Positions 20,448 through 30,863 of a stretch of DNA of 64,000 nucleotides are shown piece after piece; positions within the stretch are counted from its first letter, which is position 1; every line of letters starts with the position of its first letter. Below the pieces are notes generated by a model. It ran no database searches. It was not told the origin of the DNA and saw only the letters and a list, made by a program, of their open reading frames with translations. A program made the position numbers and the translations under genes. The stretch is from contig CM000434.1 of assembly GCA_000165345.1 (NCBI GenBank), positions 32,001 through 96,000 of the forward strand. Reading direction: 5' to 3'.

Positions 20448-23400
20448 TTAATTATTTTCCTTTTGAGGGTTATTCTTATCTAAATTAATGTTATTTAAAA
20501 ATATTCTTAATAACAATGGCATAGTCCATAAAGGTTTAATTAAATCTACTTCATGACACATTTTTTGTGAATAAGAAGGAACCACAGTTCTTCCAAATGA
20601 TTTCATTGAAAATATTCTTGTATTTGTAATGTTATATTTATCAATATTTTCAATTTTAAAATTACTAGTATTAAAGTAATCAAAATCAGGATATAAGTTA
20701 TCTTCAGTTGTGTTTTTAATTTCTAAATTCTCATCTTTCACATTATGTTCGGTAGATTCATGATTTATTGTATTATTTAATTCATTTATGAAAATTTCAT
20801 TATTAGATTGGTCCAACAATATTGAATTATTTTGATATTTTTCATCAATTTGTTGAACTTCTGGATTAGAATTATTTTTCATCTTTTCAGAAATTAATGA
20901 ATATAACTTAGTAATATTATATTCAAAAGGTCTGAATACATTTTCTGGAAATTTTGGAGGGCAATAGTAGTGAGTAAAAACTGTCTGCTTTGAAACACAA
21001 CGTGGGGGAGCCTTTCTAAAATGCTCTGGTGGCAAGAGTAATAAGGCTTCCTCATCTAACTTATAGCCTTTTGGACATTCAATGGTAAAATCTGTATAAC
21101 CCTTCATTTTACACGTATTAGTTGCTACTAATACGGTATTTTCAGGGCAAGATAGATATGGTTTTGCTGTAATGACCTTCAAACAAATAATTTTAATAAC
21201 ATAATCTGTTTTACCAATTATTGCATCATATAAACTTATTGGTGAAATAGGTAACTTTTTTTTCCCCTCTACATTTCGATTTATTAAATTAATTGATTCC
21301 AAATCTTCTATTAGTTGACGCCTTATAACTTCTTCAGAATTATTCTCATTACTTGTTTCATTTTTGATATTTGAATGCTCAATATTTGGAACTTGATTCA
21401 AAGTAATGAATTCAGTTATTACATTCTTTTTTGTACTTCCAAATGAAGGAATAATCGTTTCATTTTTCTCTAAATTTGTTTCCGTTTCATTCAACATACT
21501 AATATCAATGTTTTCCGAATCCATATCCTGAATATATTCAGGAAATAATGTATTCGAGATAGCAAGAGAATTATCAATTACTTCACTTGGATTAAATAAA
21601 GATTCTTTATCAATATTATCTATATCTTCCTTTGTTACAATATGAATTCCAGTTTTCTCAAAGTAATTTAATGGTTCTCTTAATGATATGAATGGAATCT
21701 CTTCTTTTGTTGTACACTTTGGTTGTAATGGCACTTTCATTACTTGTATACAAGTATCAAAAGGATTAATGAATTCGTGCCGGTATACTATAGGAGGATC
21801 ATTACCATTTGAAATATAAGCGTCATAAGAAACCGTACCTTTTGGGCATTTATAATCTACTACTACAACATCTTTGTACTCACAATAAGGTCTTGGACCT
21901 TTTTCAAACATCCATGAATGATTATAATCATATTTAAGGCTAAATGTACTATTTTGACAGAATGGAGCACCAATACCATTGTACTTAACCTCATCAGTTT
22001 CTTTCTTAAAGCATTTTATTTTTGTTTTAAAGTTTTGGAATTTTTTTGTAATTGATTTGCTTTGTATTCCCGATTCTGAATCATTCACTTTCCTTGTCAT
22101 TATTGGTTCTTCTTGGATAATCGGAGCATAATATTTATTAAAGTTTTCACTTGCTTCATTTAATTTTTCTTTTCTGTGTTCAACATCAGAAATATCCTTT
22201 TGGAAAAAATCCTCTTCTAATTGTGCTGTATATCCTTCCGGGCATTCATATTCTTTCACTACTTGATAAGCCATAATACATGTTTGCAAGTCATAGTAAA
22301 CACTTCCTTCAGCACATCCTGGAAATCCAGGTGCAAAAGTTTCGATTACACAAGTCTTTCTTGGTTCATTAAATACGAATGGCTCGTCACATTTTGGCAC
22401 TGAAGGCAAATACTTTCTTTGTTTAACATGGCAGCCTCCTCCACCTCTATGTGAACCCCATAACTTTGAGTGGGAATAGCTTAAAGGGCAAAATGCGACA
22501 GAGTCTGCATAAGTAATTGAAACACAACTTTTTATTTCATGGTCATACACTGAATTCAGGCCATTTGAAGGACAAATACCAATAATATCTAGTTCTGCTC
22601 CTGTTGGTCTGCTACAATAGGTTGCATTGTATGGCTGAATATTCAATAATGAGAATGTAGGTAGCATATAATCTTCCCTAGATATATTCAAATTTTTAAT
22701 AAGCTCATCTATTAGCATCAATTCTGCACTATCTCTTTCATTTGCGCATAGATTATATGTATTCTCATCCTTAGTATTCAAATTACTTAATACCATTTTT
22801 GGTATTAAAGTTATCAAGCTCCAAAATCCTTCAATTGAAAATCTTACCTTATTTTTCAGATTAATGTTATAATCATTGATTTTACTATTATTCCCACTAA
22901 AGTCTATTTCTTTCCAAGAATCTGAGTTTAATGCAGTATAATTCAACCAAAATTCACTATTATTCGACAATTTCTGATAATCGTATTCTGGGATTGATTT
23001 CCTCCATGGAGTAATATCCATTGGAACTCTATAAATACATTGTAATAAGCCATTCAAGGACCTGATTACTACATTACTTAATTGAGGAGCCAATTTTTCC
23101 AATAAATTATCGTCATCTGTATTTTCTTTTGTCTGATTTAATAATTTGGTTTCATTCAAATTACTTGTCGCATTACTTAAGTTTTCTTCATTCTCATTTT
23201 CTTTAATTTTTAATTCATTAGTACTTTCCACGTCATCTTTTTTATCCACATCAAATTCTTGTAATGCATGCATATTATCGAGAGGGGTCTGTAGATTCAA
23301 ATTTTGAAGCTCATTAATAGAGTTTGAATCATTTAAAAAAATTGAATTATTGTTAAATTGATAGGTTTCTGTGTTATTAATATTTATATCAGTATTAGTT

Positions 23401-23999
23401 TCATTTCCAAATAGTTTATCAAGTATTTTTAAAGTAGATATTGACCAATCACAGTTTGGAGGCAAATCAGGGATTGAAAAATTTGAATAATAAACAAACT
23501 CATATGAATCGTTATCTTTAGATGTTTCTGTCAAATCATTATTATCCATGTACTTCTTTTTAATTTTTTTAAAATCTATTCTACATTGGCAAGAACTTAT
23601 ATTTTTGTATTCTATTTCAAAGGGATATAAAATTGGGTTGCTTTGAATTATTTTGTTTGCAAGTATTAATCTTAGAGTATGAGTTAATGAAAATGGAGCA
23701 TTTTCAAATGAAGCTTTTGATCTTTGAATGATATTTCCATTATTCTCAACCAGATTAGAGAGACTGTTTTTCCCTTCTTGATTATTTATTGAATTTGCAA
23801 AAGAAGCTGGAAGCTTTTGTGCAGAGTAAATATTTGAATTGGAAATTGGTTTAAATGAAGGTATTGAACCTCCATCCGTATATGATGTACCACCAACCTG
23901 AATTGAAAGTCTGCGTAAGTTACTACTTATATTACATTGAGAAATATTTATTGAATTAAGAACAAATAATATTAGAATTATAAGTATTAACCCATTCAT
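20448..23999 (-). CDS. Large secreted protein (1183 aa) with Asn-rich low-complexity regions and the same CP.G[YF] Cys-pair repeats as its neighbour.
   Basis: Signal peptide MNGLILIILILFVLNSINISQC. Repeats include ICPSNGLNSVYDHEIKSC, CPEGYTAQ, YKCPKGTVSYDAYIS, LSCPENTVLVATNTC, IECPKGYKLDEE and YYCPPKFPENVF. It sits in tandem with 18474-19847 on the same strand. Confidence 0.8.
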   Translation of the reverse strand: MNGLILIILILFVLNSINISQCNISSNLRRLSIQVGGTSYTDGGSIPSFKPISNSNIYSAQKLPASFANSINNQEGKNSLSNLVENNGNIIQRSKASFENAPFSLTHTLRLILANKIIQSNPILYPFEIEYKNISSCQCRIDFKKIKKKYMDNNDLTETSKDNDSYEFVYYSNFSIPDLPPNCDWSISTLKILDKLFGNETNTDININNTETYQFNNNSIFLNDSNSINELQNLNLQTPLDNMHALQEFDVDKKDDVESTNELKIKENENEENLSNATSNLNETKLLNQTKENTDDDNLLEKLAPQLSNVVIRSLNGLLQCIYRVPMDITPWRKSIPEYDYQKLSNNSEFWLNYTALNSDSWKEIDFSGNNSKINDYNINLKNKVRFSIEGFWSLITLIPKMVLSNLNTKDENTYNLCANERDSAELMLIDELIKNLNISREDYMLPTFSLLNIQPYNATYCSRPTGAELDIIGICPSNGLNSVYDHEIKSCVSITYADSVAFCPLSYSHSKLWGSHRGGGGCHVKQRKYLPSVPKCDEPFVFNEPRKTCVIETFAPGFPGCAEGSVYYDLQTCIMAYQVVKEYECPEGYTAQLEEDFFQKDISDVEHRKEKLNEASENFNKYYAPIIQEEPIMTRKVNDSESGIQSKSITKKFQNFKTKIKCFKKETDEVKYNGIGAPFCQNSTFSLKYDYNHSWMFEKGPRPYCEYKDVVVVDYKCPKGTVSYDAYISNGNDPPIVYRHEFINPFDTCIQVMKVPLQPKCTTKEEIPFISLREPLNYFEKTGIHIVTKEDIDNIDKESLFNPSEVIDNSLAISNTLFPEYIQDMDSENIDISMLNETETNLEKNETIIPSFGSTKKNVITEFITLNQVPNIEHSNIKNETSNENNSEEVIRRQLIEDLESINLINRNVEGKKKLPISPISLYDAIIGKTDYVIKIICLKVITAKPYLSCPENTVLVATNTCKMKGYTDFTIECPKGYKLDEEALLLLPPEHFRKAPPRCVSKQTVFTHYYCPPKFPENVFRPFEYNITKLYSLISEKMKNNSNPEVQQIDEKYQNNSILLDQSNNEIFINELNNTINHESTEHNVKDENLEIKNTTEDNLYPDFDYFNTSNFKIENIDKYNITNTRIFSMKSFGRTVVPSYSQKMCHEVDLIKPLWTMPLLLRIFLNNINLDKNNPQKENN

Positions 24000-24417
24000 A
24001 AAAGCTCATTTAATTTGTTAAAAAAAAAAAAATAAAATAAAATAATACCTTAAAAAACCTTAAACATAAATATATTAAACAAACAAATATCTTTAAATTT
24101 CCTCAAATATTTTAGGAAATAATTATAATAAATTTTTTAATGATAAATAATTCCTTTGTTTACTTTTTATTATATATAAATACATATATTAAGATAATTT
24201 TTACTTGCAAAAAAAAAAATAATTCAACGAATTCTATAAAATTTTCATCTTTAATTCATATCAAAAATAAATTTTAATTATAATATTATTTGACAATTTT
24301 TATTGAGTATTTTCTTCTTAATACAATTTTTAATAAAGGTTAATTTTTATTCTGTGTGCATTAAAAGTTGTTTTATATGCTCGGATTATAGTCGAAATTA
24401 TAAAAAAAATAATGAGT

Positions 24418-24951
24418 TTATTTCTTAGAAATGCTTCCAATTTCCTTATCGGCTCCAAGTCCTGACTGATTATAGTTCCTTTTCTTGAATATTTTTGGCT
24501 TTGTATTGTGTATTTCTGGATTGTATCCCATACCTCTTAACATTGCAATACCAAACTTATCTACAGGGATTCGAAAATTATCTTTATTAGTTGAAGAATC
24601 TAGATCATCCTCATTAGTATCGTTGGATGAATTTTTCTTATTTAAAAGTATCTCAATATTATTAACATTCTTGGATGATTTTAATGGGTTTTTGCATTCT
24701 ATTATTAATTCGTCATGTTCATCACCAGATTGTTGTTCGATTTCAGATTGTGTATTTGAAAAAGAAGTAATCAGAGTTCTTTTACATGGGATTGAATCTT
24801 TTTTGTAAGCTCCTTTATTATCAACTCCTGCTGATGTTCCTGTACTTGAATCATTTTCTTCAAAACCCATAATTGAAGAATTACTTTTTGCAACCGAGTT
24901 ATTTTTCTCTGATGGCTTTTTAATTGAAAAACTAAACTTTGAGTTATTCAT
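24418..24951 (-). CDS. G-patch-like protein (Spp2-type, possible splicing factor).
   Basis: C-terminal motif IPVDKFGIAMLRGMGYNPE...NQSGLGADKEIG resembles the Spp2-type G-patch (FGxAMLRGMGW...GLG). The rest is low-complexity. Confidence 0.45.
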   Translation of the reverse strand: MNNSKFSFSIKKPSEKNNSVAKSNSSIMGFEENDSSTGTSAGVDNKGAYKKDSIPCKRTLITSFSNTQSEIEQQSGDEHDELIIECKNPLKSSKNVNNIEILLNKKNSSNDTNEDDLDSSTNKDNFRIPVDKFGIAMLRGMGYNPEIHNTKPKIFKKRNYNQSGLGADKEIGSISKK

Positions 24952-25284
24952 ATTTGATTATATTCGAATAGAAATTTTAATTCTATTTTTATTTCTTTTT
25001 TCTTGGTATTATTTATAGTAAATTATGACAGTATATATATATATATAATACAAAATGATTAAAATAGTACTGTTCTTTAAGCTAGTTATTTGCAATTATG
25101 ATTTTATTAAAAAAAAAGAAAAAACTGAAAGAAATTCCAAGTATTAAACTTTAATCAATATTAGTGGTTCTTAAATTATTTTTCACATTAAATTCCATGA
25201 ATTCCATATCTTAGCAGTTTTTTTAATTCATTTAAGAAATCACAAATTCTTCCTACTAGTCTTAAATTCATGAATAAATAAAAG

Positions 25285-25297
25285 ATGGCGCCAAAAC
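25285..25297. promoter_or_regulatory. Candidate E2F-type site ATGGCGCCAAAAC followed by ACGTAC.
   Basis: It lies in the intergenic region between the divergent G-patch gene (start 24951) and the Beclin gene (start 25463). The core is the same as at 15491 and 30553. Confidence 0.3.
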
Positions 25298-25462
25298 ACG
25301 TACATTAATAATTAAAGGTATCGTGAATAATGTAAATAAGTCTAAATTTAAAGTAAAAAAAAAAAAAAAGAATACAATCATTTAATTTGAACACGAATAA
25401 TGAATGAAATTATGAGTAAAGAAAATATTTGATTGCAAGCTTGTGTTATATTGTGATTTAAG

Positions 25463-26794
25463 ATGTTTTTATTAGGACTGGGAAGTAAGAAGATTGAAAA
25501 GCTGGAGGATGATCCGAAAGTAGAAGAAAACATGATTAGATCTTGTTCAAGGTGTGGGAGTTTCTTTGAGGTAGTAAATGATTCAGATGATGAATTAGAT
25601 CCTTCTGAGATTATAAATACTGTTGAATCTGTACATGATATGTTTATAGATTATTTAAGTTTAGAAAAAAGGAATCCTAATAATTTTGAAGACTTTATTT
25701 TACAATTTATGGAAGTTTCTTTGGAGAAGGATAATATGACTCTGAGTAATAAAACTAATGTTGAAGAATCACTTTGTGTGGATTGCATGAATTGTTCAAT
25801 TTCCCAATTTTCTATGGCTTTAAACAAGGAGATAAGTTTATTAGACAAATATAAGGAAATATCAGATTCATTAATTTCATCGGAATGCTATGATGAAGAT
25901 CAAATGGAAGATTCTGAGGTAAATTTTGAACCAACCAGCAAAGAATACTTGGAAATTATGAATATTTACAATGAATTCATAAAGATGGAACAATATAACC
26001 AAGAAAAGACGATAATTAATGACGAAAATGATAATGACGAAATAGATTGTACTGAAACAGATAAAGACATTAAAGAAGGATATGGGAAATGCAGGTTTCA
26101 AGTGATTAATACAATAGAAGTGGATGATATTGTTGAACTCAGACAAAACCAGAATCTCGAATCAAATTTAAAACATGAGTTAATTCAATATGAACTAAAG
26201 AGAGAAGGAATGAAAAACCATCTAGATTTTTTAAGAGGATACCTAGAAAGGTTAAAAAGATCGGATTTTCTGAACTTATCTTTTTATATACAAGTTATAG
26301 AAGGGGGAGCATGTATTAATGGACTTCGTCCTGCACTATTTGAAGCAGATTTTGATAATTGGAATGAGGTGAATGCAGCTCTTGGTGTCTCTGCTATGCT
26401 TTTGTATACTATTTTAGAACGTCACAAACTTCCTTTAAGTATTTACCCAAATGGGAGTTACTCTACTATTAAAGATTCAGAATCTTCAATATGGCCACTT
26501 CATGGTAATACTCTCTGTAATTCAGATTATAACGAATGTACTAACTTTGATAAGGGGATATTATCATTTGTATTTCTTATTGATACAGTATATAATATAA
26601 TTCCAGGAACTAATGAAACTTTACCTTATTCTGTTGATCAAAGAAATGGTACAATTGGAGGTATCAGTCTAAATTTGCTTTTTAATGAAAGAGAATCATG
26701 GAATAGAGCTATGAGTATGAATCTAATTAACCTCAAATGGTTATTAGTTAGATCATCTGAAAGTATTAGGAACAAATTAAACAATGAATCTTAA
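25463..26794 (+). CDS. Beclin-1 / Atg6 (Vps30) autophagy protein.
   Basis: The C-terminal BARA-domain signature ...ACINGLRPALFEADFDNWNEVNAALGVSAMLLYTILERHKLPLSIYPNGSYSTIKDS matches the Beclin ...VEWNEINAAWGQTVLLL... block. There is an N-terminal CxxC (CSRCGSFF) and a central coiled coil. Confidence 0.85.
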   Translation: MFLLGLGSKKIEKLEDDPKVEENMIRSCSRCGSFFEVVNDSDDELDPSEIINTVESVHDMFIDYLSLEKRNPNNFEDFILQFMEVSLEKDNMTLSNKTNVEESLCVDCMNCSISQFSMALNKEISLLDKYKEISDSLISSECYDEDQMEDSEVNFEPTSKEYLEIMNIYNEFIKMEQYNQEKTIINDENDNDEIDCTETDKDIKEGYGKCRFQVINTIEVDDIVELRQNQNLESNLKHELIQYELKREGMKNHLDFLRGYLERLKRSDFLNLSFYIQVIEGGACINGLRPALFEADFDNWNEVNAALGVSAMLLYTILERHKLPLSIYPNGSYSTIKDSESSIWPLHGNTLCNSDYNECTNFDKGILSFVFLIDTVYNIIPGTNETLPYSVDQRNGTIGGISLNLLFNERESWNRAMSMNLINLKWLLVRSSESIRNKLNNES

Positions 26795-27086
26795 TTTCAT
26801 TTTAAATTATATCAATATTATAAGAAATGTTAAGAGAATTCTTTTCATTCTTGTTTATTCCTCTAAAATTTCTCTTTAAGTTAATAATACAATTAGTAAT
26901 AATACTAATAGTATTAATAGTAATAATAATAACAATATGATATTAATAATTATAATAATAGTTATAATATTAATAGCAATAATAATAATAATATTAATAT
27001 TAATAATAGTAATGCTAATAAATCTATTATTAGAAAAGTATGAGTAATAGTCTAAAAGTTTGAAATCTAATTAATTTAGCCAAAGC

Positions 27087-30000
27087 TTAGACTCTACTGG
27101 ATGCTCCATCATCTACTTCCTCATCAACCATTTCGTCATCGTCATCCTCATCATCATCATCCTCTTCCCCTTCTTGCAAAATTGTATTAATTTGATAATC
27201 TTTAAGCTCAGAATTCTTCATTTCTGGTAAAAAGTCTTCAGGTTCGAGATTCTCGTCCAAATTCAAAATATCGTTTTCACTCTCAACATTTTGTGAATCT
27301 CTGGATGATTCGTTGACTTCTTTTACATTTTGGAATGTACGGTAGCCAAAGTCTGCATGCCTTGTTAAAGGTTTATTTCCTGATGATGGTTGAGGTAATG
27401 TAATAGTATCATTTACATTGTAATTAGGATGTACCTTAACGTAAGTAATTAAGATAGCCTCACTTTCCTCTTCTTGATCATTCTCTGATTGGTTCCTTTG
27501 GCTCATAATCTCCTCCTGGAATGATATATACAAAATCATATCTCTGTGAATCATTCTTTGGATTGCCCTGTGGTACTTTTCTTCCAATTCTCCAAGTTCT
27601 TCTTCACTTTCTGGGTGGTCATACTCCGAAATATGCCATGTTATTAAATCTGTTATCGAGATTTCTGAATCCTTGTTACTTTGGAGCTTATCTACAAATC
27701 TTCTAGCTATTTGGAAATATTCATTGTATCCTATCGTAACATTTGCCTTCTTTTTACTCTTAGATGAAGATTTTATATTCTTTGAAACCCGTGATTCTTG
27801 CGACATTTCAGTATCTTCTCCTTCATCAGAGTCTTGATCATTTTTATCTCCTACTTTCTTAAGTCTATGACTCTTTCCATCCTTGTCTATTCCTGCAAAA
27901 TCTTTCACATTCTCTTCTTCTTCTTCTTCTTCTTCATCCCCATCTTCATCATACTCATCTAAATCACCCAAGTCTATATCATTATATCTAATCTTACTCA
28001 GAGAACTCTTAAAGATTTGACAAGCTTCTTCTACATGCTCTGGAGTAACTAAATAAGAGAATCTAAGCTTTGCAACGGCTTCAGAAAGTCGAATCAGACT
28101 TTCAAGTTGTCTTACAGTAATCCTCATTGCTTTAGCTCCAGAAGTAGCATCTCCCATTCTGAGAGCTTTGTAAGTTCTGACAAGTATAGTCTTTGCAGCT
28201 GGAGTAATGCAAGGCTTAAATGTTTTTGCATAGGCTATATACTGGTTTAGCTCATCCTTGGTGAGTTGAAGGTTATTAGAATCTGAAAAATTAAGATTAT
28301 CAGCAAATTGCTTTTGATTAAATGAACAATCATTATCCGTATTAGAATTAGATGCTTCATCCTGGGTAACTTCTCTTCCTGATACTTCAGTTGCTTTTGA
28401 ATGCAAGCCAACAATGAATGATGCAAGTACCTCATCATAAACATCTTCTGGATCATCAATCATTACAAAGAAAAGATCAAACCTGGATAAGATAGGGGCA
28501 GAAATCCTAACATTCTGTGAAAGAGTCTTAGATGGATTGTATCTACCACCCACTGGGCTACAAGCTGCCAAAACTGAAGCTCTAGCATTTAATGTAGCTA
28601 ATACTCCTGCTTTAGTTATTGATATAGTCTGCTGTTCCATAGCTTCATGTATTGCTACAACATCTTTATCATCCATCTTATCAAACTCATCAATACAACA
28701 GATACCCTTATCAGCAAGCATTAAAGCTCCAGCTTCTATTACAAAGTCACCCTGATCAGGATCTCTATGAATAGATGCTGTTAAACCAGCAGCAGTTGAG
28801 CTTTTTCCTGATGTATATACAGTTCTGGTAGAAAATTCATTAACAAATCTTAAAATTTGACTCTTCGCAGTGGATGGATCTCCAACAATACAAACATTAA
28901 TGTCTCCTCTCAACTTAATATTATCTTTAGTTCTCTTCTCTACTCCACCAACTAATAAAAGCAATATTCCTTTCTTTAACTGCGAGTAACCATATACATG
29001 TGGCGCAACATATTTAGCAAGCATATTAATTCCATTTGGATGTTGAGAAATTTCCAAAAACTTTCTAAATGAAGTTTCTTGTACATTTAAATCTTTCAAA
29101 TGATCAATCATACCACCTGTATTTGCTTCCAATTCTTGATTTACTTCAATTTCACTATTATTTAATTCATTATTATTTACGATACCTTGGACACCTTGAT
29201 TATGTTGATGATTAATTTGTTCAATAATACGTCCATCATCAGCTGATGCAATAGCATTAACAACTTCAATATGACATGCAAGGAAACAGAGACGATAAGC
29301 TAAATCTCTTACTCCTAAAGATTTAAGTCCACTAATTCCAGAATTATAATATTCATTCTGACTTCTACTTCTGTCTTTATAGACACTTGATGGTATTTCA
29401 CCAGGCTTCATTAGAGAAGGAACGTCAGGGGCAACAATTAACATTCCAGTAAAGATTACTTTATCTCCTGGTTTACATTTATCAACAAAATCACCTCTTA
29501 ATATCACATTCATAGACCTTGGCATTGATCCTGGTGGAATTTCAGTTGCATGTTCTTGAATTCTAAGTTTTTGCCAATCCCCAAAATCACAATTTTCGAG
29601 TCTAAGTTGCCAAGCTGTTCTATTTCCACATCCTTTAGTAGGACATACTGAAGGTAAAGAATATACAAATTGTTGTACTACATTATCTACAATACATCCA
29701 CATATTTCACATTCAAAACATGCTTTAATTAGTTCAGGTCGTACATCAGAAGTTCTTGTAATGGTTCCTCTTAAACTACAAAGTTTTCCAAGTTTTTCAC
29801 ATCTTAAAGTTCTTAAACTTTCTATCCATCTTAATCCATAGAAAGAAGCAGTATAGCCTCCTAATCCTGGATCTAATCTTCCATCCCCTCTTTCATCACC
29901 TATAGTAAAACTTTTGCAGAAACTGGTTACTAAGTTATCTATTGCTTGTTTATATTCACCATATTGTTCAGTTAAAGCAAGTAACATGGTTTGTCCGCTA

Positions 30001-30248
30001 ATTAGTCCATTATTATTTCTCTCTTCTTCTATATTTGAATTATCTCCTGAATTATTATTATCAATCGAAAAATTTAGCATATCATTTACATCAATATAAA
30101 CAGTTTTTGTTAATCTGGATGATAATAATTGTTCAACTTGTCTCACATACTTAGGTATACCTTCTTCATTCTTAAATGTTCTTAGAAAGTGTAGAAATGA
30201 TCGCTCCAAAGCAGGAGGAAATGAATTAAATGTTACATTATTAGACAT
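27087..30248 (-). CDS. mcm6: DNA replication licensing factor MCM6.
   Basis: It has Walker A (GDPSTAKSQ) and the MCM box ICCIDEFDKMDDKDVVAIHEAMEQQTISITKAGVLATLNARASVLAA. The MCM6-specific C-terminal block is RITVRQLESLIRLSEAVAKLRFS. There is a Zn-finger CFECEICG...C..C and a long acidic tail (DDDDEDDDDE). Confidence 0.9.
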   Translation of the reverse strand: MSNNVTFNSFPPALERSFLHFLRTFKNEEGIPKYVRQVEQLLSSRLTKTVYIDVNDMLNFSIDNNNSGDNSNIEEERNNNGLISGQTMLLALTEQYGEYKQAIDNLVTSFCKSFTIGDERGDGRLDPGLGGYTASFYGLRWIESLRTLRCEKLGKLCSLRGTITRTSDVRPELIKACFECEICGCIVDNVVQQFVYSLPSVCPTKGCGNRTAWQLRLENCDFGDWQKLRIQEHATEIPPGSMPRSMNVILRGDFVDKCKPGDKVIFTGMLIVAPDVPSLMKPGEIPSSVYKDRSRSQNEYYNSGISGLKSLGVRDLAYRLCFLACHIEVVNAIASADDGRIIEQINHQHNQGVQGIVNNNELNNSEIEVNQELEANTGGMIDHLKDLNVQETSFRKFLEISQHPNGINMLAKYVAPHVYGYSQLKKGILLLLVGGVEKRTKDNIKLRGDINVCIVGDPSTAKSQILRFVNEFSTRTVYTSGKSSTAAGLTASIHRDPDQGDFVIEAGALMLADKGICCIDEFDKMDDKDVVAIHEAMEQQTISITKAGVLATLNARASVLAACSPVGGRYNPSKTLSQNVRISAPILSRFDLFFVMIDDPEDVYDEVLASFIVGLHSKATEVSGREVTQDEASNSNTDNDCSFNQKQFADNLNFSDSNNLQLTKDELNQYIAYAKTFKPCITPAAKTILVRTYKALRMGDATSGAKAMRITVRQLESLIRLSEAVAKLRFSYLVTPEHVEEACQIFKSSLSKIRYNDIDLGDLDEYDEDGDEEEEEEEENVKDFAGIDKDGKSHRLKKVGDKNDQDSDEGEDTEMSQESRVSKNIKSSSKSKKKANVTIGYNEYFQIARRFVDKLQSNKDSEISITDLITWHISEYDHPESEEELGELEEKYHRAIQRMIHRDMILYISFQEEIMSQRNQSENDQEEESEAILITYVKVHPNYNVNDTITLPQPSSGNKPLTRHADFGYRTFQNVKEVNESSRDSQNVESENDILNLDENLEPEDFLPEMKNSELKDYQINTILQEGEEDDDDEDDDDEMVDEEVDDGASSRV

Positions 30249-30552
30249 CTTTTTCTATTTCCTTTCAGTTGAGGAGAAATAGCAGTAATAACAGAAAAAA
30301 AACAAGATTTCTTTTTGATCTTTCAATATTTTTCTCACTAAGCTTTGTTTTCACGTTTCTTCTAGTTTGATTTCCCACCTTTCTATTATTCAAATCTTTT
30401 TCTTTATGCTTTGATTCTCGAATTTATTTACAATATTTTTCGCAAGCTATTCTCACAATTATACCTATATGCACTAATACTTGCCTTTGCAAATATTTAT
30501 CTCAGCATTAATTTAAATTTAATTTATTTTACCGATACCTTTTTCCCCACAT

Positions 30553-30563
30553 TTGGCGCCATA
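30553..30563. promoter_or_regulatory. Candidate E2F site TTTGGCGCCAT about 305 bp upstream of the MCM6 start codon.
   Basis: TTTSGCGC matches the E2F consensus. MCM genes are canonical E2F targets in animals and plants. It is the only GC-rich element in this promoter. Confidence 0.4.
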
Positions 30564-30863
30564 TTAGTAATTTAAGATTCTATTTAATGAGGTAGATATA
30601 TAATTTTGATTTTAATTAAAAATAGGTGTGAACTCATTTTTCTTTTTTTTTTTGAATAAATTTGATTTTTTTTTTCTGGGATGAATTTTGAGTTTTACAA
30701 TTCTTTTTTAGTTGATTTTGTTTAGAACTGAATAAATTCTTATTTTTATAAATTTGATAATATAATATTAAACCGGGATATTGATATGATTTAACAAAAT
30801 AATTTCAATTAAAATAAAAATTATTAGTAGAAAATTTTTAATTTTTTTTTGATGATTAAATCA

